From assembly GCF_018977255.1 (NCBI RefSeq), contig NW_024704742.1:125490001-125554000 (forward strand): a stretch of 64,000 nt of DNA. Reading direction: 5' to 3'. The position numbers and the translations under genes are program-made. Below, one piece after another: positions 13,341-26,700 of the stretch. A model generated the notes under the pieces. It ran no database searches. It was given only the letters and a program-made list of their open reading frames with translations, and was not told the DNA's origin. This DNA is from Callorhinchus milii (lineage: Eukaryota). How positions within the stretch are numbered: the first letter of the stretch is position 1; the number at the start of each line of letters is the position of its first letter.

Positions 13341-15054
13341 GTACAAATTTAGCATTATTGCTTTGATTTTGTACTTTATGCCTTGTGTTTAAAGCCCATC
13401 ATGCTAATAACTTTCTTTACAGCCTTTACCACCTGCAATGATGAGTGTGTGGATGAGGGTTTCCGCAGCCTAAGGGGTGAGGCAGTGGCAGAGCCGGGCG
13501 ATGTTGCGAAGTTGGGGTAAGGCAAATATCTGCAATGACTAAAGTCAAGGTCATTGATATATACATGGCACACCACTAACTATCTTCCTCCAACTGGAAA
13601 AACAACCTCTTAGCCCTAATCTCTGCTTTCTGTTTTTTAACCCCCCCCCCCCCCCACACACACATCTAACCTTCACATTTCCACTTATTCCCTGTGCCGC
13701 GAGCTTCTCCACCTGTCCAGTGCGGCATCTTTTCAAATGCCTTTGGAAATCCAAATATACTACATCTATAGCATTGCCTTGATCTACATTTTCAGTTACT
13801 TCTTCAAAGAACTCTATTAAATTAGTTAAACATGATCTGCCCTTCACAAATCTGCGCTGACTGTCCCTAATTAACTCATGCCTATCTAAGTAATCACTAA
13901 CCTGGTCCCTTATAATTACCTCCCAAAGTATACCCACAATTGACATAGGCTAGCTGGCCTATAGCTACCAGTCTTAATTCTCATTGACATGCATTTTATT
14001 TCGATTTATGTCAAATGCTGAAGTAAAGTTGAAGTATTTTTGTGTATTTGATGTGCTAAACAAACAGAATGATAGAATGTACAAGGTTTGGTATTCATTC
14101 ATTATTCAAATAAAAAAATTTACAAACTTAATATATTTTTAAGTTTATTAGTTACATGTAGTAGAGATGCTAAAATATCATATACCTTCACAATCGAGAG
14201 GTAAAAATAATCTGAGGAATACAGACAGTCTATAAACTAGTGACCTTTGAAGGCTGACATTATAGTGCTGTGCTTCAGCACTGAAAACCTCATCAGCTAA
14301 ATACATGCTGGTTCCACAAATCTCCCATTATGTTACGTATATTAACCTCATTCACCAGGAGCCATTATGTTTCCCTGAAAGCTTTTAGTGAGCTAAAAGT
14401 TCAGACTGTGAAGTTAGGCCGCAATTTACTTTTGTTTCCTGAAAGTCTTTTTTAAAGTAATTTTGTTCAACTACATTGAATTAACCCAAGCTATTTCTAT
14501 TCCTGCAAGTTCCCTACGATTGGTAAAATCCAAAGACCGTGCATCTGACAGACAGCACATGGCTCACTTGGTCATTGTGAAGTGCTTTGAGATGTTCTCT
14601 CTTTGAGGAAGGTATTTTATTATTGTAAAATGTTGTTTTTATTTCTCAACTTTATTCTTTTCATGTGTGAAAAGTGAACTAAAATATTTACATGTAGCTT
14701 TAAATAAATAACTTTCATTTTATAGAACCTTATCAAACCAAGATTTGCTGCAAACTGTGAGTATTCGACATTCAAGTGCGGTGATGTGTTTTAGAGGCAA
14801 AGTTCAACCAATGAATGATCATTCATCATATTTGTTATCGGCATGCACTATCTTACATTTCTAAGTACTCAGAGCTACTTGCTCACTATCCAGTTGCAGA
14901 ACATTATATATATTTCCTTTTTTTACAAAAAAGCTTTTCCATACAAATAGTCTCAATTCAATTACTGCACTTTACAGCCTATCCCGTGAAGAGCTTTGAG
15001 ATGTCTGCCTGACATGAAATGCTCTGTATCAAATGCAAGTGCAAATACAAATGT

Positions 15055-15502
15055 AATCAGGAGAGGCTAGAGAAGCTAGGATTATTTTCCTTGGAGCAGA
15101 GAAGGTTAAGAGGAGACTTAATAGACATTTTCAAAATTATGAGAGGATTCGATAGGGTAAACAAGGAGAAACTATTTCCACTGGCGGGTGGGTCGGTAAC
15201 CTGAGGGCACCGATTTAAAATAGTTGTTAAAAGAAACAGTGGGGAGGTGAGCAGAACTTTTTTACACATCGAGTTGTTCGGATCTGGAATTCGTTGCCTG
15301 AAAGGGTGGTGGAAGCGATTCGATAACAGCTTTTAAGAGAGAAGTAGATAATTATTTGGGGAGGACAAGTTTGCAGGGCCATGGGGAGAGAGCGGGATAG
15401 TGTGATTGATTTGAATAGCTCTTTTCAAAGAGCTGGCACAGACCTGATGGGCCGAATGGCCTCCTTCTGTGCTGTATAATTCTATGATTGTATGATTCTA
15501 TG
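15055..15502 (+). mobile_element. CR1 LINE 3' end
   Basis: ERLEKLGLFSLEQRRLRGDLI and tail gggccgaatggcctccttctgtgctg..(ttctatga)n; very similar to the copy at 29700-30070. Confidence 0.9.
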
Positions 15503-16921
15503 AAGTGACTCTATTCTGCCAATTCAACTGTAAAAGGACTATATTTAGTATTCTTTCATTATTACACAGGAGCTGAACACAGATATAGTCAGTTCAGAAA
15601 CCTTATGAAGCACTTTAAGATGTTCTCAACATTATCGGCACTTTACCAAACACAAAGATTATTATTTATCTTTTTATTTATTAATGTGTTAATACGTTCA
15701 ACTTATTTTTACTTTTATAATACAAATAATACCATATTCAACTGAATATGTAAAACTCATTGTCCATTTGTTGTTTGTGTGTAATAAAAATAATAATCAT
15801 TGAACTGCCCTAAATGTTGTTAGTATGGTAACCTTACGATATTATTTTTCCGAATGAATTAATTGTGTGTTATGGCTGTTTGTATAGAGATATCAGACTT
15901 AACTGAATATGTTCTCTCATTCAGCATTTGTGTTCAGAAACTATGGAAAATCAGTCAGAGCCTACAGAAAGTGCACTGCATTCCCAATCCGTTTTATTCT
16001 ATTTCTTGCTTCAGCTTTGAAGTCTCATTGGCAGCCTTTTCCTTCAGTACTGATTGGTACTATGCACTGTGAAAGCCAATCTCATTGGGGGCTGATTTGT
16101 AACTCCAGCTATAGCATTATCCCCATTGAGTAATAGTTCTCATTAGCCAATGACAACAAAATTTGGTCTACTACAATGGGAAATTCTGCCACATCAGAGA
16201 ATGTCCAGGAGATGCTGGTCAATCACTGAGTAGCTCCATTCAACTCATCAGGCTCCTATTCTTTGTGGTCATCTAGATTAAGGAAGAATAGTCAGCTGTA
16301 TTCCAATCAGGAATACATCCACAGTCTCTGTCTTCAATGCATCATTAGAACCAATGACCTAATGTTGTGACTGTTAAAGTGAATTACTGTAGGAACAGTA
16401 TGGCTGGCCTAAGATATTACATTGATGACACCATATTAGCACCATTCGCTGATCTTATACTGATAGGAAGAGCATTCAGAAATGATAATTGAAGAATGTA
16501 CTGATCAAAAATTATTTTACTAAAATGAAATATCACTAATAGATGTTAAATGTGATCATTGTCTTAAGCTATGGTACTTGCACATATTTTTGAGTTCTGG
16601 GTATTCCTGAACAATAACAACTAAAGGAACCCTCACTGGGGATAAATATTAAAGCAGAACATAATTCAAGCATAGTTTCAAATGTTGAAGTATGTTTAAT
16701 ATGGCTGCAGCTAGAATATACACATAATTTCTTAGACAATATGCATTATTTAAAAAAGACATTTATCAACACAGAAATGTACAGAGTTTGGGGAAGTTAA
16801 AATTCTGAACCCTTGTGTGTTAAGCTGCTCTTGTGCATGAGGTGATAATAATGTCCTCTTTCATGGTGATAAACTGCTGAGTGGGTATTTCCCTCATGAT
16901 AACATAGTAACAACTAGAATG

Positions 16922-19040
16922 ATAACAACAACAAGGTTACATTTGTACAATGCCTTTCACGCCGGGAGGACATCCCAAGGCCCTGGACAGTGTACAGCAT
17001 TTCGAGCTGGGGTCAGGCAGGGAGAAGTGTGGAGTCCTGTAGCTCAGTGGTTAGAGCACTCGCTTTGCAAGTGAGAGACCTGAGTTCAATTCCAGGCAGA
17101 GGGCGAAACCTTGGGCAAGTTTCCTTACTCCACACAGAGCCTAATAATAATCCCTCCAAAACCAAAAACAATAATAAATTGGTCATTTTCAATCCGCGAC
17201 TGTTTGTGGGACATTGCTGTGCGCAATTGGCTGCCGCGTTCGCCCACAAATATACAGTCACTTCACTTTACAGTGTGTTCTGTGAAGCGCTTTGGGACGT
17301 CCTCCCGACGTGAAAAGCGCTATATCAAATGCAAGGATTATTATTATTATTATTATTAAGGGAAAGGAGGGGTGACCGATGACATGGACGAAGAGGAGGG
17401 TTTAGAGGAGGGACTTGAAGGAGGCTAAGGAGGGGGCGACGCGGAGTGATTGGGGGATGGAATTCCAGAGGTTGGGGGCAGAGTGGCTGAAAGCTCTCCC
17501 GCCAATGGTGGGTCGGGGGACAGGCCAGAGCCGGCTGAGCAGAGGGAGCAGGCGTGTTGGTAGGGGGTTAGGAGGTCACAGAGAGATGGTGAGGCGAGGC
17601 CATGGAGGGCTTTGTATGTGAGGACCAGGATGTTGAACTGGATCCTCTGAAGGATAGGGAGCCAATAGAGTCGGGCGATAATGGAGGAGATAGGGTCACA
17701 GAGTTTGGTGCGGGAGAGGGTCTGCAGAGTTCTGGATTACCTGCAGACTGTGGAGGGCGGGGTTGGCAAGGCCGACAAGCAGGGCATTTGCATAGACGAG
17801 CCTGGAGGTGATGAAGTCATGAATAAAAGTTTCAGTGGCCTGAGGGGTGAGGTTGTGGCAGAGTCGGGTGATGTTACGGAGGTGATGGAAGGCAGAGTGG
17901 GTCATGGCTTGGATGTGGGGAAGAACAGACAGTTGAGGGGCAAACAAGACACCGAGGTTCCTGACTGGCTTGGTGAGTTGTAGTATGCAACTATGGAGGT
18001 TGATGTTGCCAGAGCCTGAGGTGCTGAGGCGTTGGCGTGAGCCAATCAGGAGGGCCTCAGTCTTGTTCACATTCAACTGTAGGAAATTTGCCCTCATCCA
18101 GGACTTGATATCCTACAGGCAGTCTGTCAGGACAGCAGTGGTCCTGGAGTTGAGGGTGGAGTCAGAAAGATAGAGCTGTGTCATCCGCATACATATGGAA
18201 GTTGACCCCATGTCTGCGGATGATGTCACCAAGATATTAAAGAGGAGATGGCCAAGGACAGAGCCCTGGGGGACGCCAGACGTGACAGTGCGGGGGCTGG
18301 AGGAGAAACCATTAGAGGCAACAAAGTGGAGACGGTGAGAGAGATAGGATTCGATCCAGGCAAGGGCAGGTCTGCGAAGATTAAGGAGAGAGGAGAGGTG
18401 GTGCATGAGGATGGAGTGGTTGATAGTGTCGAAGGCAGCAGAGAGGTCGAGGAGGACAAGGAGGCAGAAGGAGTCCTGATCACAGATTTTCAGAATGGAG
18501 AGGAGGGATGGATCCAGGGAAGGTTTTTTCAGAATGGGAGTGATGACAGCTGTTTTTTGGCGGGTGGGAACTGAACTGGTGGACAAGGAGAGGTTGATGA
18601 TATGAGACAGGAGGGGGGCCAGTAGGTAGAGCTGGGAGATGAGGAGAGAGGTGGGGATGGCATCAAGGGAGCAGGTGGTGGGTTTGAGTTTGCGAACGAT
18701 GGCGGTGAGGGAGGAGGGAGAGATAGGGTCGAAAGAGTATAAGGGGGAATGGGTGGGGGGATGGGTCATTAGGGAGAGGTGATGTGTGGGTGGCGTTGGA
18801 CGGGGCAGAGGTGGCTGAACGTATCCCCTCGATTTTGGATTCGAGGATGTCCAGCATCAACTCACAGTTGGAGTTTGAGGAGAGGATGGGCGAGGCATGG
18901 GAAGGCAGACGGAGAAGACGGTTTGTGGTAGAAAAGAGAAGCCTGGGGTTGTCCTCTGCCTCCAAGGTAACCTTGGAGTAGAAGGAGGATTTGGCGGAGG
19001 TAAGAGCGCAGCGGTAGATCTTGGTGTGGTGAAGCCAAAT
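16922..19040 (-). mobile_element. L2-clade LINE, 3' ~2 kb, with a SINE inserted near its 3' end
   Basis: Minus-strand ORFs [39 protein letters not shown] and VRNLGV; (TTG)n tail at ~16922. Confidence 0.92.
17031..17358 (+). mobile_element. Young ~320-bp tRNA-Ala(TGC)-derived SINE
   Basis: Head ggagtcctgTAGCTCAGTGGttagagcactcgctTTGCAa..GAGTTCAATTCC with A/B boxes; L2-like tail and (TTA)n. Near-identical copies occur elsewhere in the window. Confidence 0.92.
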
Positions 19041-19604
19041 CTATGAGGTGCTAATTTACATTTAGCATTTTGGGGTAGAAATTCCCCTAGGTTTAAATTT
19101 ACACTATTTTAGAGGATCCAGCATTTGGCAACTTCTTAAATGTAGTCTTAATTCTGATGCCAGTTTACTAAAAAATTAGTTTAATTTCTTACAGGCAATT
19201 ATTATTTTCCTGACCATGGTAACAATACTGTAATGATCCTTGTATATGATATTTTGCCTCATCATGCTGTCAAAATGTCTCTTTTCTTTTTGAACAGTAC
19301 CATCTGAGGAGGCAGACATGACCTTGGTTTAACGTTTAATCTGAAAGTGGACATCTCTGATAATGCAGCACCACCCCAGCATTACACTGGAGTGGCAACC
19401 TAAACTATGAATTCAAAAGCTCAACTTGGGGCTTGAACCCACAACCTTTTGACTTACAGACAGGAGTGCTTCCAACTGAGACTGGCTGACACATGAATAT
19501 TTCACGTAAATATTAATATACAATATAATTTGCATTTATGCAGCATCTTTCACGTCGAGATGACATCTTAAAGTGCTTCACTGGACTGGATAGGCACCCA
19601 ACCT

Positions 19605-20104
19605 GGGAGTGTGAAGCGCGACCACATCACTCCCACCCTCGCTCGCCTCCCCCAGAGGATAGAATTCAAGATCCTAATCCTCACCTACAAGGCCATTCAC
19701 GGCCTTGCTCCTTCCTACCTCTCCGACCTATTATCCCCCTACTTACCTGCCCGTACCCGCCGTTCCTCTGGTTCCAGTCTGCTCCACATCCCCCGCCCTA
19801 ACCGCCCTACCATCGGTAGCCGGGCCTTCAGCCTCTCAGCCCCTAGGCTCTGAAACTCCATCCCCCAGTGCCATCGCCTTGCTTCCTCCCTTTCCTCCTT
19901 CAAGGCTGGTCTCTAGACCTTTCTCTTCGACCGTGCCTTCAGCTCCCCTCTCGACTCTCTACCCACTCCTCGCTCCCTCCCTTCCCTCCCCTCATCCTGA
20001 CCATTTCCCCCCTGCTCGGGTCCCGACCCAACTATCCAGTGCCTTGGGTTGTCCTCCCGACGTGAAAGGCGCTCTATAAATGAAATCTTGTTGTTGTTGT
20101 TGTT
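19605..20104 (+). mobile_element. L2 LINE 3' end (young subfamily)
   Basis: RDHITPTLARLPQRIEFKILILTYKA..RAFSLSAPRL; tail cccgacgtgaaaggcgctctataaat..(ttg)n. Confidence 0.92.
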
Positions 20105-20719
20105 GAGGAAGTGAGTGGCTACCACCTCTTCCCTCAGGCTGCCGAGACCTTTATCCATCATTTGTCATGTCCAGGTTCCATTATGCCAACTGTCTGCTTA
20201 TTGAACTTCCTAACTCTTCAATCCACAAGCTGCAGACCATTGAAAACTCTGCAGCTCATGTCCTCTCCTGCAACAGGCTCCGTAGCCTATCACCCGCATC
20301 CTTGCCTGGCTTCACTGGTTCTCTAGCCACCAGAGAATCTGGGCTGTAGATTTCTGGATAGTTTGTAGCTTGTGTAGACGCATCCAATTAACAAGGACTG
20401 AAACCTTAATTAACAACTAATCTTTTTGATTTGTTTAATCTGATAATTAAGATCATACGTAAATGCAAATATTCACATGTGGTTCACCAATGATAATAAT
20501 AATCCTTGCAGCCTTGCAGCCTACTATTTATGTCATTGAATTGTTTCTTTAATGAGTTGAGCATTTTGAACTTGACCATCCTTCCTTTTAACCCATCTAG
20601 CTGTTAATAAAAATAATAATTCTTGCATTTGATAAAGCGTCTTTGAGACATCTCAAAGCGCTTCACAGAATATACTGTAAAGTGAATTGACTGTATATTT
20701 GTAGGTGAAAATAGGTCAT

Positions 20720-21692
20720 CTGCGGGGTATACCAGGGCTCCATCCTTGGCCCTCTTCATTTCCTTATCTATGTGCTCCCTCTGGGTGATGTCATCCGCAG
20801 AAATGGGGTATACTTCCACATGTATGCAGATGACATACAAATCTACTTTGCCTCCTCCAGTACCAAATCAAAGTCTGCTGATGTTTTATCAGCTTGTCTG
20901 GCAGACATCAGGGCCTGGATGAGTGTAAATTTCCTATAGCTGAATATGGACAAGACGGAAGCCATACTCCTTTGCTCCTGTCAACATCTTCACACCTGCC
21001 GATCTAAACTACTCAACCTCCCTGAGTTCTCCCTCAGACTCACCGAACCAGTGCGCAACCTAGGCGTCCAGTTCAACCTCCAACTGTTCTTTCTGCCCCA
21101 CATCCAGTCCCTCCCTGACAAAGCTCATCTTCTTCCACCTCCACCACATTGTCCACCTCTGACCGTACCCCAAATACAGCCGAACCCTCTTGCATGCGTT
21201 TGTCATCTCACGGCTGGGTTACTCAAACTTACTCCTCACTGGTCTACCCAGCTCGACCATTCACAAGATCCAGCTCATTCAATGCTCTGTCGCCCACATA
21301 ATGACCCGGACCAAACTTCGTACCCACATCTCTGACCAGGCTCCACTGACTCCCCATCACTGAACGGATCGACTTCAAGATCCTCACTCTCATGTTCACT
21401 TCCCAATCCACCACCCTGCGTCTCCGCTCGCCTGGCACCAGCCTCCTGCTTGTCCCTCGCTCCCTCCACCCCACCATCAGAGGTCGCATTTTCAGCCACT
21501 AAGTCTCAAAACTCTGGAACACCGTTCCTCAATCCCTCCACCTTGCCCCTCTCTCCCCTCTTACAAGTCCCACCTGAATACTTTTCTCTTACACCACCAA
21601 CCCCCGGCTCGGAGTCAGGCTCCACCACTGTTAAACGCTCTGAGACGCTACCCTGCGTGGCGAGCGCTATATAAGTGCAAGTTGTTGTTGTT
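20720..21692 (+). mobile_element. Older L2 LINE fragment
   Basis: KTEAILL..VRNLGV-like peptide remnants and (ttg)n tail. Confidence 0.8.
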
Positions 21693-22604
21693 GAAATACG
21701 GCAGCCAATTGCGCACAGCAATGTCTGTCAAACAGTCATGGATTAAGTGACCAAATTATTGTTATTATTTTTTAAAGTGAATGTTACCTTCAAAAAGCGA
21801 TCCGCTAATTGACTGACAACTGGGCTCCTACTTACTACTAGGTAAACAGAGGCGTGTGGAGTAAGGAAACTTGACCAACGTTTCGCCCTGCCCAGCAAAA
21901 CACATTTAAATATGGTTTTCATGTGGTGTACTAAACGCTAATGTTGTCAGTCTCTCTACAAATGTTCTGCATTAAATCAGTTCAAAAATAGTGACCTCTA
22001 ATTCTCCCAAAAAACAAGTTCCTGCATTTTCTCAACAAATGTCACACTTTATCCACCGAGGTGTGAAGAATTTAAAAATAGATGCAAATTTATTGCACCC
22101 TTCCTGAGACTACTTGCACTTTATACTAAGGGGTTGGATGGTATTTGCTTTCAATATTTCAAACAAAATGTTTCATCTGTTGCAATGTGTCCGAGTACTC
22201 CATAATGTTGTACGTTTATGGTAAAAATTAATAAATGTATTCCCAGGCATCTGGAACACAGGTGCTGTGCTGCCTTTTGAATGAGTCGTTAAATGAGATC
22301 CTGCCGGCTTGTTCAGGTGGGTTTTAAAATGCCATGACACAATAAAATTGGTCATTTACTTCATGACTGTTTGTGGGGCATTGCTGTGCACAAATTGGCT
22401 GTCAAGTTTGCCTACGAATACAGTTGCTACACTTCATAGTGATATCCTGTGAAGATGTCTCGACGAAGTGATAAGACACGATATCAAATGCAAGTATTAT
22501 TTATTGAATGCTGCCAATAATGCAATTGTATATAATAGCCATGGCCATAGCAGCATGTTGGTAACAATTTGTATATGATGGCAAATCTGATGTCATCCTT
22601 CCAG

Positions 22605-23257
22605 AATAATAATAATAATAATAATCCTTGCATTTGATATAGCGCTTTTCACGTCGGGAGGACGTCCCAAAGCGCTTCACAGAATATACTGTAAAGTGAG
22701 TTGACTGTATATTTGTGGGCGAACGCGGCAGCCAATTGCGCACAGCAATGTCCCACAAACAGTCATAGATTGAAAATGACCAATTTAATTATTGTTTTTG
22801 GTTTTGGAGGGATTATTATTAGGCGTGTGGAGTAAGGAAACTTGCCCAAGGTTTCGCCCTGCCTGGAATTGAACTCAGGTCTCTCGCTTGCAAAGCGAGT
22901 GCTCTAACCACTGAGCTACAGGACTCCACAATAATAATAATAAATAATGATAATAATCCTTGCATTTCATATTGTGCTTTTCACGTCTTCTAGACGTCTC
23001 AAAGCACTTCACAGAATATGCTGTAAAGTGAATTGACTGTATATTTGTGGGCAAAACGCGGCAGCCAATTGTGCACAGCAGTGTCCCACACACAGTCGTG
23101 GATTGAAAATGAACAATTTATTATTGTTTTGTTTTGGAGGGATTATTATTAGACGTGTGGAGCAAGGAAACTTGCCCAAGGTTTCGCCCTGCCTGGAATT
23201 GAACTCAGGTGTCTCACTTGCAAGGTGAGTGCTCTAACCACTGAGCCACAGGACTCC
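22605..23257 (-). mobile_element. Two full-length tRNA-Ala SINEs head-to-tail (22605..22927 and 22931..23257)
   Basis: Two consecutive reverse-complement copies of the 17031 element. Confidence 0.92.
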
Positions 23258-23522
23258 ATGAATACCCACCATTCAGACTTCCCATTATAGCATCAAGACT
23301 TTTTTTTAAAAATGAGTATGAAATGTCTAATCATTGCCAATAGAAAAGTGTGGCTGCAATTTTTCGCGGTATCCATCATGAACAGCCCCCCGCTACAAAC
23401 TCGCTTGAAATAAAGCTTCTGCCCCGGGCATTGCGCTGTTTATTTGATGTCACTGTGGGCGGAGCAGCTCTGGACACGCATGTGCGGTGTGTTACAAGCG
23501 GGAAATGGGCTTCGCTCCACAT

Positions 23523-23780
23523 GGTGTGTGTGTCTCTCTCTGTGTGTTTTGGTGAGTGTTAGTGTGAGTGCGTCTGTGTGTCTCTCTCTCTGTGTGCGTG
23601 TGTGTGTCTATGAGTGTGTCTCTGTGAGTGTGTCTGTGTCTCTCCAACCTCTGTATGTATGTTTGTGAGTGTATGTGTGTGTCTCTTCCATGTGTGTGTG
23701 TTTATGAGTGCCTGTCGGAACGTGTATGTGCGTCTCTCTCTCTCCTCTCTCTTTGTGTCTATGAATGTGTCTGTTTCTCC
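23523..23780. repeat. Degenerate (GT/CT)n low-complexity tract, resuming at ~26973..27010 after the CR1
   Basis: Direct read. Confidence 0.85.
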
Positions 23781-23784
23781 CAAT

Positions 23785-26700
23785 TAAATGGGGAGATAGG
23801 CAAAGCTTTAAACTAGTAAGAGTGGGAGGGAGGTTTACAGCTACAGTTAAATGTAAACCGACATTGCAAGGAACAGTCATGGCTGTAGAGCAGAGTAGCG
23901 ACTTGGGAGATAAAGAAGAGTGTGTCAAGTAGGGACAAAGACGCTCAACAAAGGAAATAGGGCATTAACGAATAGAGGAAATAGTAAGACGTCAAAATTG
24001 AATGCCCTCTATCTGAATGCACGAAGCATTCATAACAAGATAGACAAAGTAAGTGCACATACAGACATAAATGGGTACGATCTAGTGGCTATTACTGAGA
24101 CATGATTACAGGGAGACCAAGGGTGGGAGCTAAACATTCCGGGGTATTCGATGAATAGGAAACATGATCGATGAATGTGGAAAATGAGGTGGTGGTGGTG
24201 GGGGGGTGGTAGCCCTGCTAATATAGGATGAGATTAAAACAGTAGAGAGGAAGGATTTAAAATCAGAAAATCAGGATGTAGAATCAGTATGGTTGGAAGT
24301 AAGAAACAACAAGGGGCAGAAAACATAGTGGGAGTAGTTCATAGAAACCAAAACAGCAATTACAGTAGGGTATTAATCAGGAAATTGGAGGAGCATGTAG
24401 CAGGGGGAATACACTAATAGTGGATGATTTCGATCTTCATATAGACTGGGAAAACCAAATTGGCAAAAGTAAATTAGAGGATGAGTTTATAGAGTACATT
24501 AGAGTTTTCAAGAACAATATGCTGAGGAACCAACCAGGGAACAGGCTATCCTAGATTTTGTTTTGTGTAATGAAATAGGGCTAATCAGCAATCTGGAAGT
24601 CAAGGCTCCTCTAGGGCAGAGTGGCCATAACATGATGGAATTTAACATTAAGTTAGAGAGTGATATAGTTGAATCCGAAGCAAGAGCCTTAAATTTAAAT
24701 TAAGCCAAATTTGCAAGTATGAGAGAAAATTTGGCTAAAATAAACTGGTAAATTAGATTAAAAAATATGATGGTAGACCAGCAATGGCAAACGTTTAAAG
24801 ATATAATACATAATTCCCAGCGATCTCATATTCCCTTGAAAAATAAAAATACCACAGGAAAAGTGGTTCAACCTTGGCTAACTAGAGAAGTTAGGGAAAG
24901 TATACAATTAAAAGAAGAGACCTATATTACTGCCAAAAAGAGCAGTAAACCTGAGGATTGGGAGGGCTTTAGAGATCAGCAAAGGAAAACCAAGAAATTG
25001 ATTAAGAGGGAGAAAATGGAATATGAGAATCAACTAGCTAGGAACATAAAGACATATTGTAAGATTTTGTACAAGTATATAAAGTGACTATCAAAAGTAA
25101 ATGTGGGTTCATTGCAGGCAGAGACAGGAGAAATTGTAATGGGGAATAAAGAAATGGCAATCATTAAACAAATATTTTGCTTCTGTCTTCACATTAGAGG
25201 AAACTGAAAACTTACCAAAAATTGAGGGGAACCTGTTTGTGAGGAACTTAAAGAAATGAACATCAGTAAGGCAATAGTACTAGAGAAACTGATAGGAATA
25301 AAAAACAATAAATCCCCTGGACCTGATGGCCAGCATCCTAGGGTTTTAAAAGAGGTGGCTGCAGAAATAGTGGATGCTTTGTTTTTGATCTTCCAAAATT
25401 CCCTGGATTCTGGAATGATTCCCAGTGATTGGAAGGTCACAAGCGTATTTAACGCTGATATTTAAAAAGGCTGGGAGATAAAAAATGGGGAACTATAGAC
25501 CAGTTAGTCTGACAACAACAACAACAAGATTCCATTTATAAAGCGCCTTTCACGTCAGGAGGACGTCCCAAGGCGCTGCACAGCTGACATCAGTGGAAGG
25601 GAAAATTCTAGAGTTCTTAATTAGGGACATCATTGTGGGATACTTAGAAAATCATAACATGATTAGGCAGAGTCAACGTGGCTTTACGAAAGGGAAATCA
25701 TGTTCAACAAATCTTATAGAGTTTTTTGAGGATGTAACAAGCAGGTTAGATAGGGGGGAAACCAGTATCTGTGGTGTATTTGGATTTTTTTCAGAAGGTA
25801 TTTGACAAGGTGCCACATAAAAGGCTGTTGCATAAGATTAGAGCCCATGGAATTAAATGTAATATATTAGCATGGATTGGAGAGTGGCTAACGGGAAGAA
25901 AACAGAGAGTAGGATAAACGGGTCCTTCTCAGATTGGCAGAATGTGACTAGTGGAGTGCCACGAAGATCAGTGCTTGGGCCTTAATTATTTACAGTCTAT
26001 ATCAATGACTTAGATGAGGAAATAGAACTTAGCATATCTAAATTCGCGGACAGTAAAAATATAGGTGGGAGAATAAGCTGTGAGAATGACACACAAAGAA
26101 TGTCAAGGGAAATAGATAGTCTGGGTGAGTGGGCAAGAAGGTGGCAGATGGAGTATAACGTGGGGAAGTGTGAAGTTATTCACCTAGGTAGTAAAAATAG
26201 AAAAGCAGATTATTTTCTAGAGGGAGAAAGACTAGGTAGTGTTAGTGTTCAGAGAGTTTTGGATGTCCTTGTACACCAGTCACAAAAAGTTAGTATGCAG
26301 GTACAGCAAACAACTAGGAAGGCTAATGCCATGTTGGTGTTCGTTGCAAAAGGGTTAGAGTACAAGAGTAGGGAAGTCTTGCTGCAGTTGTATAAGGCCT
26401 TGGTGAGACCGCACCTAGAATATTGTGTGCAATTTTAGTTTCCTTATTAAAGAAAGGACATACTTGCCTTAGAGGTTGTGCAGCGTAGATTCACTAGGTT
26501 GGTTCCTGGGATGAGGGGGTTGACCTATGAGGATAGGTTGAGTAAACTAGGCCTATATTCTCTAGAATATGAAAGAATTAGCGGTGATCTTATAGAAACT
26601 TATAAGATTCTTAAGGGTCTTCACAGGGTAGATGCCGTGAGACTGGTTACCCTGGTTGGAGAATCTAAAACTAGGGGTCATAGTCTCAAGATTAAGTGTC

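Larger units (their letters stand above)
12310..13980 (-). mobile_element. Degenerate CR1 LINE with nested SINE pieces
   Basis: Minus-strand ORF FVKGRSCLTNLIEFFEEVT..DVVYLDFQ; CR1-type tail near 12310. Confidence 0.8.

Noticed and set aside
17031..17106. tRNA-Ala gene
   Set aside because: The tRNA-like head lacks a proper acceptor stem and runs straight into SINE body at every copy.
16990..17359. Recurring ORFs such as MESCSSVVRALALQ.. and MWDIAVRNWLPRSPTNIQS..YYYY
   Set aside because: These are chance frames of the multi-copy SINE, not a protein family.
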